DNA from: Rhynchobatus australiae
Taxonomy: Eukaryota
Length of the DNA: 64,000 nt
Direction: 5' to 3'
Assembly: GCA_034780895.1 (NCBI GenBank)
Contig: JAUZTB010000076.1
Span: 33,549,491-33,613,490, forward strand
How positions within the stretch are numbered: position 1 is the first letter of the stretch; each line of letters begins with the position of its first letter. The notes beneath the pieces were generated by a model that was not told the DNA's origin, ran no database searches, and saw only the letters and a program-made list of their open reading frames with translations. Positions 52,931 to 64,000 of the stretch are shown piece by piece. The position numbers and the translations under genes were made by a program.

Positions 52931-55900
52931 GATGTTGTGGTTGTCCAAGGCAGTAGTTGTACTGAAACCGCTGGCCTCAGCAGTATCTGAGGACGATGTT
53001 CTCTTTGCTTCAAAGCACAGACCCATTCCACGCTATTGTTTTAATGAAAGGAAGGCAGGACGAGAGTATCATTTTCTGGCATTAAACTATATACAAGTCT
53101 GAACGTTTCCAGATGACGTGACAAGCGGTGTGCTCTGATCGGAGTACCGAGTTCCAGTGCTGCTTTGCTGTCACACGTACCTTGCCGGGGAAATTGAAAA
53201 GTGACAGTGTGTCTGAATGCCGGGTGACAGTACACAACTAGCTATTCGCCTGAGCACGCATTGTGGAGCAAGACGAAACTGCCCCACATGTATACATCTG
53301 TATCACTTGGGGTTCAACATCTGATCTACCTCCAAAGTTCATCAAAATCAAACTTCTCCACGGGAAGTCCTCCTACATCAATTAGCTCACAATTGACACA
53401 AAACAAATTCAGCCCAAACGCAAAGCCTCGTTGTGAAATATTTCTTAATTTTCCTTCGACGGGTTATTTTAAATATCCAGTTCTGAGAAAGTGTTCCCAT
53501 CATTGTCTACTTACATTTTTAAAAAGCAGCGAAGCGCTCAGACTTCCTTTATTGTCAGTGTGATGGAAATCTGAGGACTTACCAGCACTCTGGACAGATA
53601 CGAGTTTGACACCTGTTAACTGTAACTTAAATCATCTGCATTAATCGGAGTGTGTGTGTCTGTAAGTGTGAGGGGCAGAGAAAGATAAATTAACTATGTA
53701 TGAAGTGTCAATATTTATGAATCAACGTTGGTTTGCCTTCCATTCACTTGATTATATGATAGTTAGGAATTATAATCATGATAATTTTAGACGGCAATGA
53801 TAGTGGAGGGTCACTTTTACGAAACAAGGGGGCGGAGGAGGGTTGAAAACCGGTTTCCCACAACAAACATCGCATTCTAAAAGTACTTCACTGGTTGTAA
53901 AGCGCACTCAGACTTCGGGACACGAGAGTGGAAACATCACGTTTATTTTGTTGATGAGATAAACATCAGCTCAGTTTAATTTTCCTTGGCACGGCTAACA
54001 ACGAAGGGCACAAAGAATTTAGCCCTGGAGCCTGGCATCTCACTCAACAGAAATAATGACTTTGTCCACCTGTACTTTAAGAAGAAAAGTTACCTGCCAT
54101 GGCAAAAAAAAACCGTCCTTTTGCAGTTTCCTTCATATTCCATGTTTGCTTTAAGGGCGATCTTTCCGATTCACAACAAATTCGTTTTCATTACATGTAG
54201 AAATATCGGCCCATTTTGACGGACCAGTAAGTTAATTCTACCATATCCGTGTATTACCCAGCATGTGGGTCTTTATGAATATCATGGTAAAGTCCTACGC
54301 TCCAATGAATATAAACGATAGCAAAAAGAACTAACAAGTCCCACAAAACCAAAAGAAACTTCGTAACGGCCACCGAAGGTATAAACGTGCAGGAACCTTG
54401 GGATCACAAGGGGAGACGATGTACCTAACGGAGTAATTAACAATTTTCGCAAACTCTGAGGCAAAATGGCTAACGTTCAGCGATCGTTCTAGGATCAGTA
54501 CGGTTTATTATTTTGGAAAATGACATGTTTAAATAATACAGTTGAATTGGCGGAACCTGGTGACACTGGGCTAGCAGAATGATGCTGGGCAATCAAGAAC
54601 ATTAAATAAAAAATCGTTGGAACAACGTTTATATAAATAAACAGAGAACCCACACCCAAACTTCACATAAATAAACGCAGAATTTGGCCGAAAAATGAGC
54701 TTGATAAATAAACACTGAGTGTTTCAAATCAGGAAACTCAGATTTAAATAGTATANNNNNNNNNNNNNNNNNNNNNNNNNNNNNNNNNNNNNNNNNNNNN
54801 NNNNNNNNNNNNNNNNNNNNNNNNNNNNNNNNNNNNNNNNNNNNNNNNNNNNNNNACTCAGATTTAAATAGTATATATTAAAGCATAATTACCCAGAATA
54901 AACCTATCACTAAAATAGATTTAGATTATTGTGGTTCCATTGTGTAATATTCTACCTCAGCTTCTGATCATGTTTATTTAAACCGAACTAGAACCAAATC
55001 AGTGATTGCAGCGCTAAGTAACTCGATTTTTAACAACTAAATGCGTATTTCGTGATCGCCTCCCGCGGCAAACAATAATGGCTGCTGTGTTACTCTTTGT
55101 ATCTGAGTTCTGGTCTATCCCCCTCCTTCCCCAACACACTGTTCTCTCATTCTTTTCAAAACGACATCTACTCTTTGGTGATGAAAGGAATGAACACCAG
55201 TAATGACACCAGCAGTTAATGCACCCACTTGTTGCTCATTACAGCATCGAGAGGTTACGCTGTTGTTTCAAGGCTCCATGTTTTGAAGCCAGCAAACAGT
55301 TTTGGTGTAATTACTCAAAGTAAAATAAAACAGGTTTGCTAATATGTTGTTTTAAGTCTCATCATATTAGACGAGGTAGTAATAACAGACGAAAGGAAAG
55401 TGAGTTAACGCCGTTTACTCTGGTGCTCTTAAAAATGTAGAAATCCCTGGCGCGCCGCAGGTCCGCGCTTATCCTAACATTGTTTATGGGCTGCTTGAGA
55501 ATAATGCTCAGACAGATTAATTTTAACTTGTCATCCTGTGAATTCAACTTTTCTTTGAAGTGACCCCTTCCATAACCACTAACTGGAATATTGAACCATA
55601 CGCGCAAATGAAAGGCCCAAGCTCAGTGCGCCTTAAATTCTCGCGTCAATAACAAATTGTATGTGATGGCTGGATACTGAACTGAAGCTCTTATTTTTAG
55701 GTTATCTAGATCTATGCGTTCATGGGTGATCTGAAACTTTTAACTAAACAATTGCTACAGTTTCACCGCCTACTTTCAATTTCACACCAAATAAAATGTT
55801 CGGCATTAATAGTTTAATGTTGCGGTTGGAGGCATAATTAGACTTAAACTAGACATTCAGTTGTTATTAGGGGAAAGGATCTAGATGACATACTTCAAAT

Positions 55901-56409
55901 GTATGCTGAAGGATCTTTCATTTTTGCACACCTAAGTTTGCCTAAGGTGAATGAAGATCGGACAAACGTGTCAGTGACATTTCTGTTTGTTGTAAGGTTG
56001 ACAGTAAGGGGCGCTCTTTTAACACTGCTGTGAATCACCTCTGCCACAGTGCAAACCATCTGGAAAACAAATAGGCTCATGGGACATATGGTTTGGGATA
56101 AATGCAAACAAGGGAAAGGAAATATATGACAGATTCGAAAACTGATGTTTTGTTTAACTTATTCATCACCAGATATTTATTTTAAGTTGTTGGTTTTGGA
56201 AAAATATCTATGGAAAATGCACATTTTCTAGTCCACATTCAGCAGTGCCCTCCAGCAATCAAATAGCAGATTCTTCGGGGGGAAAAAACCGTTGAAAGGA
56301 AAACAATGTCTCACAGTAGAAAAAAAATTGAGGTCATTCACCTCACACCTGAGGTGAATATAGGCACAAGGAATTCTGCAAATTTAGCCTTAAATCTTTG
56401 GCCAGAATT

Positions 56410-57015
56410 CATCCATACTGAACCTTGAATGCACATTCTTCTTGAGTTTCCCTCTGTATGCCTTCTCCATGAGATCCACCTGTTGTGTTCTCAACCCTAT
56501 TCCTGCAAAACTGCTGACCACTCAACTTCCTGGGATCTTTGCTTGGTGATATCATAAATGGCTTCCTCTGGGAAGGCACTTTTAATCTCCCATCTTCTTC
56601 AATCATCTGACCCTTCCATTCTTGCACTCTACTGTTAGGTCTCCAACTCTACTTTGCTTTTCAAGTTGCTTGATCTTATTGTTGCTTCACAAATCAGTCT
56701 TCACCTTTCTTGCAACTCCATAATTAAATGCCCACAAGCAGGTTTCTGGTCTGATAATAGCACCAAGGAAGTCCTAACCAAACTTCCAAATGACCTCGCC
56801 CATGACTGTGACTGTACTGAACTATCTCCCTGCAGATCTTCTTGCAGCTTTTGGCATAATTGTCTGCTCCATTAATTGTGACACTCAATTGTTGTCCATT
56901 TGAGTGAAACTGCTCTTGCTTGATTTCACTTTTAGCTGCCCTGTTATTGCCATAGAATTTCCCACAATGGGCTTTCTTCCTATGTTCACGCCATTACTTG
57001 GGATGTCCTACCGGA
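56410..57015 (+). mobile_element. Degenerate L2-clade LINE RT fragment
   Basis: MRSTCCVLNPIPAKLLTTQLP (TC.LDPIP), then KLLDLIVASQI, QAGFWSDNSTKEVLTKLPND (QSGFR..HSTETAL.KV.ND) and DLLAAF (DLSAAFD). Confidence 0.85.
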
Positions 57016-57057
57016 ATGTTTGCATCTTTTATATTTTCTTTCTGATCCTAGCAATAG

Positions 57058-57160
57058 CGTTCTGAAGACGTATCAACAAAATGAAACATTAACTCTGTTT
57101 CTGCAGCCACAGATGCTGCCTGGCCTACAGAACACTTCCAGCATTTTGTGTCTTATTTTA
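57058..57160 (+). mobile_element. Penelope-like pseudo-LTR remnant with decayed hammerhead core
   Basis: gttCTGAAGA...GAAACattaactctgtttct...acagatgctgcctggcct...tccagcattttgtg, homologous to 58409-58506. Confidence 0.65.
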
Positions 57161-57169
57161 ATTCACTGT

Positions 57170-57825
57170 CAAAGAGTCATAGAGTGTAGAACCGATCCTT
57201 TGGCTACCATGTCAATGCTGACCATCAGGTATCTATCTATCTATGCCAGTACTTGGTCTGTAGCCTTCTATGCATAGACAATTCAAGAGCTCATCTAGAT
57301 ATTTCTTAAATGTTGTGCGAGTGCATGCATGCATCACCCCCTCAGTCAGTGCTTTCNNNNNNNNNNNNNNNNNNNNNNNNNNNNNNNNNNNNNNNNNNNN
57401 NNNNNNNNNNNNNNNNNNNNNNNNNNNNNNNNNNNNNNNNNNNNNNNNNNNNNNNNTTCTAGATTCCAAGCAATCTTCAGTGTGGTAACTAGAATTGTAC
57501 ACAGTATTCCAGTTGGGAGTAACTAATGTTTTCTAAAGTTGCACCATAACCTCCCTACGCTTATATTCTTTGCCCTGGCTAACGAGGGCAAGTATCACAT
57601 AAAAGACAGACAGATTATGACTTTGCATCCTCACCAGTTGCTAAGGGCCTGCAAAAGGAGGAGAGCTGTCATGCAGGGACCCAGCACCATCATACATGCC
57701 TTCTTCATCATCTTATCTACTTGTGCTGACACCTTCAGTGATCCTTGAACTTATACACCAAGGTCCCTCCGTTCCTCAATAAACCCCAATGCCCTGCCAT
57801 CCATTGTATATTTTCAATCTTATTA
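57170..57825 (-). mobile_element. Degenerate CR1 3' portion (spans a gap)
   Basis: ORF 57233..57502 KALTEGVMHACTRTTFKKYLDELL matches the CR1 ORF2 end (WNALP..VVEA....FK..LD); CR1 3' UTR adjacent. Confidence 0.8.
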
Positions 57826-58097
57826 GAACGTTCTAATTTCTTTTTGTGCATGTCCATCTACGGTCTCATACTTTTTTGTAAATGATTATTGGGGAGTGGT
57901 TCTTTGTCCCTTCTTACTCCCTCTCCATCTTATGTAGGCCCTTGGCACCTGGAGATGTGGTAAAATCATAATCTGTCTGTTATTTCTGTCAAAATACAAC
58001 ATCTAATTTAGTCGATGTTGGCAAATGTATTTCCTTTATGTTAAGGCTGATTCTTTTACATCCTTTCCTTCAGAGGTTAATTCACATCTTAAAGGTA

Positions 58098-58540
58098 AGA
58101 CACACAAAATGCTGGAGGAACTCAGCAGGTCAGGCAGCATCTATGGAGGGAAGTAAACAGCCTCATTTCTGAGGCCGCCTCACCCCTTCCCTTTCCCCTC
58201 CCCACCCTCATGACCTGCCCATCTATTCCCCACCTCCCTACCTTTATTCCATGGTCTACTGCTCTCTCCCATCAGATTCCTTCTTCAGCCCTTTGCCTTT
58301 TCTACCTATCACCTTTCAGCTTCTTATATCATCCCCCCTCACCTGGACTCACCTATCACCTGCCAACCTTCCCCTCCTCCAACCTTCTTATTCTGCCCTC
58401 GTCCTTTCCATTCCTGATGAAGGGTTTCAACTCGAAATGTTGACTGTTTATTTCCTTCCTTAGATGCTGCCTGACCTGCTGAGTTCCTCCAGCATTTTGT
58501 ATGTGTTGCAAATTCCAGAATCTGTAGAATTTCTTGTGTC
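58098..58540 (+). mobile_element. Short Penelope-like insertion with inverted pseudo-LTR arms and TSD
   Basis: 58100-58160 is the reverse complement of about 58444-58506; hammerhead core at 58414-58437; direct repeat TCTTAAAGGTA at 58087-58097 and 58539-58549. Confidence 0.85.
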
Positions 58541-58689
58541 TTAAAGGTAGGGTATTGTTACAGGAGATTTCAAAGTCATACTTTGTGTCTTTATTTTTAT
58601 ATATTACCCTCAGTATTGTGTTATATAACAAAATTTGAAATAATATAGAAAGTAGAAATGTAAAGTTGATGTTAGATTACATATTCTCT

Positions 58690-59030
58690 ATACAAAGTTG
58701 ACAGGCTAGGTACAGGGAAGATGTTTCCTCTGACTGTGGAGTCCAGAATCAGGAGCACTGTTTCAGAATAAGGGGTAAGCTATTTAGGACCAAGATGGGG
58801 ATAAACCTCTTCAGTCAGAGGGTGACCTTCTAGAATTTGCTGTCCCGGGGGCTGGGTTCTTTAAACACAGATTGATAAATTTCTGGACATTAAGGGAATC
58901 AAGGGTTATGGTGATAATGTCAGAAAAAGGTGCTGAGGTGGAAGATCAGCCATGATCTTAAGGAATGGTGGCACAGGCTTTAAGGGCTTGGTGGCCTACA
59001 CCTGCTGCTATTTCTCCTATTTTTATGTTC
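58690..59030 (+). mobile_element. CR1 LINE 3' end
   Basis: MFPLTVESRIRSTVSE-like decayed SRTRGH motif, ctcttcagtcagagggtg, and a 3' UTR gatcagccatgatctt..gaatggtggcacaggct..tggcctacacctgctgctattt. Confidence 0.85.
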
Positions 59031-60031
59031 CCTGCAGCCAGCAGCTATTAGTGGTGCATTGTTTTCAATTGGAAGATGCCAAATTGAGCTACAATTCCCG
59101 TGGGAGATTCTAATTACAAACCAATGCCAGGAAATGATAAGTTATATAAAAATTATATGTTGGTATCCTGTAGGTGAGTCAACATGGTTTCACTTTTACC
59201 TGGCTTTGGTGTCTTTTTGCTCCTTTTTCTTTCCTTCCTGCTATCCTCTAATAGCTCTTCATTGTTCTTCTCTCTTCATTTTTTCCTTTCCTTTCATTTG
59301 GATTGGGAGGTGAGGGGAAGTTTAAAGAAGCTTGGCAGACAAGAATCCACCAACAGCTATTGGTTACTTTAAGACTGGAGAATTATGAGGAAAATATAGC
59401 TGGCAGTGGCTTTTTCCCCTTTCTCTTGGGCAACAAATAATCCTTCATTCTCAATGCAGTGCTTACTTAATCAGCTTCTCATTATCCCTTTTCTTTCCAT
59501 CTGTATCTCACTCCCATCACTATGCTTGCTTCTACCATTTAAATAACCCACTCAGCCACTGTAGTCTCTGCCGTTCTTTCATGGCTCACTTCCCTGGACA
59601 CTTAATCCTTATACCACTTCCTCATCTACTCACCCTCTCTAACAAGAGGTGCAGAAAAACTAATGGGTTCTTTCTCCTTTGTCGGATACCCTCCTCATTT
59701 CCTCTTACTTTTGTCTCTCTACAAGGCTTTGCTTGTTTTAAAAATTCAACTATTTTCCAGAAATCAAGTATGAGGGAGGAGAGAAGCTGCTTGCCTACCA
59801 CGTTTTCTACTTGTACCGTTCTCTTTATCCTTCATCTCATAGCAGTTGGGCAATAGAATCCCTGCCCCTGAAGTGCCCCTCGCAGTTTTTTTCCAACCAG
59901 TCCACAGTAATACCCATAAGACAATTAATAAAATCCAACTTCAGTTTCTCATTACACTTAAGTGGCATCAGCTGAAGAAGTGCATGCTTATTGCTCACAC
60001 TACCAGATCTTGTCTTCCTTTCCAAAGTTTA

Positions 60032-60165
60032 ATGAAAGAAAGTTGCACCTATGTGTGCCTTTCACATAAACAACCACAGGATATCCCAAAGCACTTTGCA
60101 GCCAAAGAACTTCTGAAGTGTCATCATTGTTGTAATTCAGGAATTAAATTCATACACAAATTAAT
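60032..60165 (-). mobile_element. Deu-SINE/L2-type 3' tail fragment
   Basis: gaaagaaagttgcacctatgtgtgcctttcac..acaaccacaggatatcccaaagcactttgcagccaa..gaagtgt is homologous to 10310-10380. Confidence 0.7.
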
Positions 60166-60549
60166 GGCTTCAACATTTGTGTAATTAAATCCTTGTTTTG
60201 GTTATTCTTGCCATTCACGTGTGCACAGATCTTTTTCAAAAAAATAATTATTTAACTTTTCTCTCAGTCAAGTTCTGGAAACACATCTTGTGAGTTATTT
60301 TCAAATAATGTTGTAAAACTTTTGAACAGAAACTCGCTAGAAGTCAAGGAAAACATTCTCTTCAGAATGGCTGGCTGGACGGCACTCCAGGGAGATTATA
60401 TGCACTGCATATGCTCAGACTGCAGAACTCAAGAATAATCAACTGCAAACCCTGCGATTTGGGAGAAGCTGAGATCTTCAAGTAGAAATTTGAATGAAGA
60501 ATTAAAAGCATACAAAAGACAATTCAGTGGATTAATCACATTTTTTGTG

Positions 60550-62205
60550 ACATAAGCACTTAAGAAATAGGGAGGAGATTAGACCATATGGCTGCTTGGG
60601 CGTGCTCCACCGTTCAGTAAAATCATGTGGTGTTGGTTTCAGCTCCACATTCCTGCCTTTGCCCATAATGCTTGACTCCTCTATTGTCCTAAAATTTGTC
60701 CATTATCGCCTTGAAAAGTATTCAGTGATTTAGCCTCCATGGTTCTCTAGGTCAGAGAATTCCCAAGAATCATGATCCTTTGAGAGAAGTTATAATCCTC
60801 ATCATCTATACCTTAAATGGGCAACCCCTTATTCTGAAACCATGCACAATTCCTCCATAGGGAAATATCCTTTCTGTGTTCATCTCGTCATACGTTCTAG
60901 ATTGTATATATTTCATTAAGATTGCCATTCTTCTGAACTCCACTGAGTATAGGCCCAATCTGCTCTCTTCATAAGACAACTCCTTCATCCAAGGAATAAT
61001 CTGGTGAATCATCTTTGAATTGCCTCCAATGCAAGTATATCCTTCCTTCAATGAAGAGATAAAAGCTAAATGCAATATTCCATGTGCTCTCTCCTATCTA
61101 GACTTACTTGCTTTTACACCTCATCCCCTTTACAAAGGCCAACATTGCCTTTGCCATTGCATTGGTGAGCTGTTTGTGTATAATCCCTCTGTACCATAGC
61201 ATTCTATAATCTATTTCCATTTAAGCATATTCTGCTTTTCTGTTCTTCCTACTGATTTGGATGACCTCACATATCTCCACTTTGTACTCCAGCCTACCAA
61301 ATATTATTAGCCCACTCACTTAATCCATTTGATTACTTTTGCAGAGCCCCTGTGTCATTATCATAGCTAGCTTTTTCCACTTATCTTTTGTATCATCACC
61401 AAATCTGGCTATAATATATTTAGTCCCTTCATTTAGTCAGTAATATTCATTGTGAGTTATTTTGGCCCCACCACCAATCCCTCCAGTAACTCACTATTTA
61501 TTTAACCCAATAATGTTTGCTGTTAGTTAGACAATCCTTTATCTTAGCTAATATATTATCCTAATGCAATGTGCTTTTATCTTAATTCCGTAACCTTTTA
61601 TGTGGAACTTTATCGAATGCCTTCTGGAAATCCAAATGCACTATATACACCGGTTCCCCTTTAACCACTCTATTCATCATATCTTCATAGTAATTTAATA
61701 AATTCGTCAAACACAGTTCTCCTTTCATAAAATTAAGTTGACTCTGCTTGTTTGTATTATGATTTTCTAAATGTCCTGCTCCACTTCCTTAATAATGAAT
61801 TCCAGCATTAACCCAGTGACAGATGTTAGACTAATTGGCTTGTGCTTCCCTGCTTTCTGTCTCTCTCCTCTCTTTTAGAAATATGCTATACTAGCAGTTT
61901 TCCAATTCACTTGGAACTTTCCAGAATCTAGGAAATTTTGGAAGATCACAACCAATGCATCCATCTTTGCAGGTACTTATTCTAACACCAAGGATGCAGG
62001 TCCAAGTCTGTTTTTAGTCTACTAGATTGCCTGGTACCTTTTCTCTGGTGATGTGATTGTTTTAAATTCTCCCTTTCTTTCCACCACCCCTCCACTCCCA
62101 GTTTCCACTATTAAAGGGATACTTTTGGTTCCTACCGTCAAAGCCAATGCAAAATATTTATTCAACATGTTTGCCATTTCCTTATTTCCCATTATTCATT
62201 TAGCA
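60550..62205 (-). mobile_element. Degenerate CR1 LINE, RT to 3' UTR
   Basis: ORF 60806..61075 (MKELSYEESRLGLYSVEFRRM..HGFRIRGCPFK); reverse-complement LDFQKAFDKVPHKRL at about 61590-61640 and PISLTSVTG at about 61810-61840; CR1 3' UTR at about 60550-60640. Confidence 0.9.
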
Positions 62206-64000
62206 NNNNNNNNNNNNNNNNNNNNNNNNNNNNNNNNNNNNNNNNNNNNNNNNNTCCATTTGGTTATACCCATTTTTTGATATTAGAAATTTCACTTACC
62301 AAAAGGAATTAAAAAAAGAGACAATGAAATATACAGTATGTCTTCAGAAAGTATTTTGAAATGATTCTGGGGACATAGGAAGACAATCAGCATGCTAATA
62401 TTGATGATTTATATTTTAAGTGTAGCTTGAGAATTTAATAATATGAAGTGTGTCAACTGGAAGGAAAATGGTGATAATTGGAAATGTGACATATTAAAAT
62501 TATAACATTACCTTGAACTGGATGTGGCTCTGCAAACAATAAATTAAGGTGTAGGGCAATTTTCAGGTGAAGTTGCACAAGGGACAAGAGTGGCAATTGG
62601 ACCAAGGAAGGAAGATGTAATTCAATTCTTATTTTGAAGGAATATACTCTTTCCTTCTATTATGGATTCCTACATCCATGTTTTTTTTTTATCCTGTCTG
62701 TGTTAAAATATCATGCTTCTGGCTCACCAGTCTCTGAGAGAGGTGAAGGATTAAAAAAAAACCTTGAATTTAAAGAAAAAGTACTGTGAATTTCTTCTGC
62801 AACCTCCACAGAAATTAGTGTAACCCACCAGAGTCTGAATTGGTTGGCATCACCACTGCTGTTAATGCACTTAGCTTCCATAACTAAGAAGATATGCATT
62901 AAGGATGTATAGTTACATTTCCTATTTAGATTTAACAGTAGCAAATGAAGCACATTCCTTATTCAAAACTTCCTAAGAGTTGGATATGGAACCTGGAACA
63001 AATCAGTATTTGCCCAAATACTTCCCCTAAGATAAAATAAGTGACATTGTGACATTTTAACATAAGGCCTTACGGATCTAATATCCTCAGATGCAGTANN
63101 NNNNNNNNNNNNNNNNNNNNNNNNNNNNNNNNNNNNNNNNNNNNNNNNNNNNNNNNNNNNNNNNNNNNNNNNNNNNNNNNNNNNNNNNNNNNNNNNNNAA
63201 TATCCTCAGATGCAGTACAGATCCATTTGAAGTGCAAAGGAGGGATTCAGAATTATCCAGCCTGCTCCTGAGGGAGAAATCTGATCAATATATGTGTATT
63301 TTAAAAGCACAGTGTGAGAATTAACTTCAGGCAGGCAAGGTTTGGATTTTATCACCTGAAATTTTATTATATAGGCCAATTGAAATCAAGTTTAATGCAA
63401 TGGTTAAAGTGTAAGAGAGGCCAAGGTGAATTTTTCACATTCATATTTGTAATAACAAATATCAGAATTCATCTCAATAACATTTGATTAGAAATCAAAT
63501 CAAATTATTATAATCTACATAAGTCTAATCAGCCAGGCATTTATAGATTTATGTGTAATTTTCTGTTTCCTGCCTTCGAAGGGGCATTGATTAGTGATGT
63601 AAAAGAGACTCATGCCCAAAAAAACATAAGCAAAAGAGGTCATTATTTCAGCTAAGAACCATGAGAAGTACAGCAAATATGGACATAACTAAATTACTTA
63701 GCTTAAATGGCATACCAGAGCTAAAGGAGATGAGGAAAAAATGTTGATTTAAAACTGAAATTTCAAAATATCTTACTGTGCATACTAGTCTATCTGTACT
63801 GCATAATCCCTTCAAAACTGTTGTAAAGGGAATAAAAAATGGGAGAGGAAAGATTGTGATAAAAGGGACAAAAGGCAACTCAAACATAAAAGAAACAGGA
63901 AAAGAGCACCTAAGCAGATTATAAAGCTTCATTTACTATAAAGATTCATAGTGTATACAAGCAGCATTAGAATGGATTATAATTTATTCAAGAAATCTAT

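Noticed and set aside
52159-53102. Group of 60-107 aa ORFs on both strands
   Set aside because: Products of the GT-rich low-complexity tract
54736-54875. 20-nt direct repeat (actcagatttaaatagtata) around a gap
   Set aside because: Same scaffolding artefact
63080-63217. 19-nt direct repeat (aatatcctcagatgcagta) around a gap
   Set aside because: Same scaffolding artefact

Overview
This is AT-rich vertebrate genomic DNA with many assembly gaps. The repeat content (CR1 and L2 LINEs, HE1/V-SINE, Deu-domain SINEs, Penelope pseudo-LTR fragments) points to a cartilaginous fish. The only host gene I can support is the 5' end of NFIA (nuclear factor I A) on the minus strand: coding exon 1 MYSPLCLTQ (39892-39866), a 5540-nt intron, and the 532-nt DNA-binding-domain exon 2 (34325-33794). 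Intron 2 then runs off the left edge, and I found no exon 3. About 33 kb around the gene start is nearly free of transposons, and its upstream part retains CpGs. The most unusual observations are: (1) a Gypsy-type insertion bounded by two inverted LTR 5' ends with a near-perfect 4-bp TSD; (2) a uORF whose TAA overlaps the NFIA ATG; (3) a candidate 4-nt poison micro-exon and two candidate alternative in-frame first exons; (4) a dense nuclear-receptor half-site cluster in intron 2; and (5) a TSD-flanked Penelope hairpin element with a decayed hammerhead ribozyme. There are no prokaryotic systems, CRISPR arrays, rRNA genes or tRNA genes. Repeat boundaries are read by eye and are approximate. Most ORFs in the supplied track are spurious.
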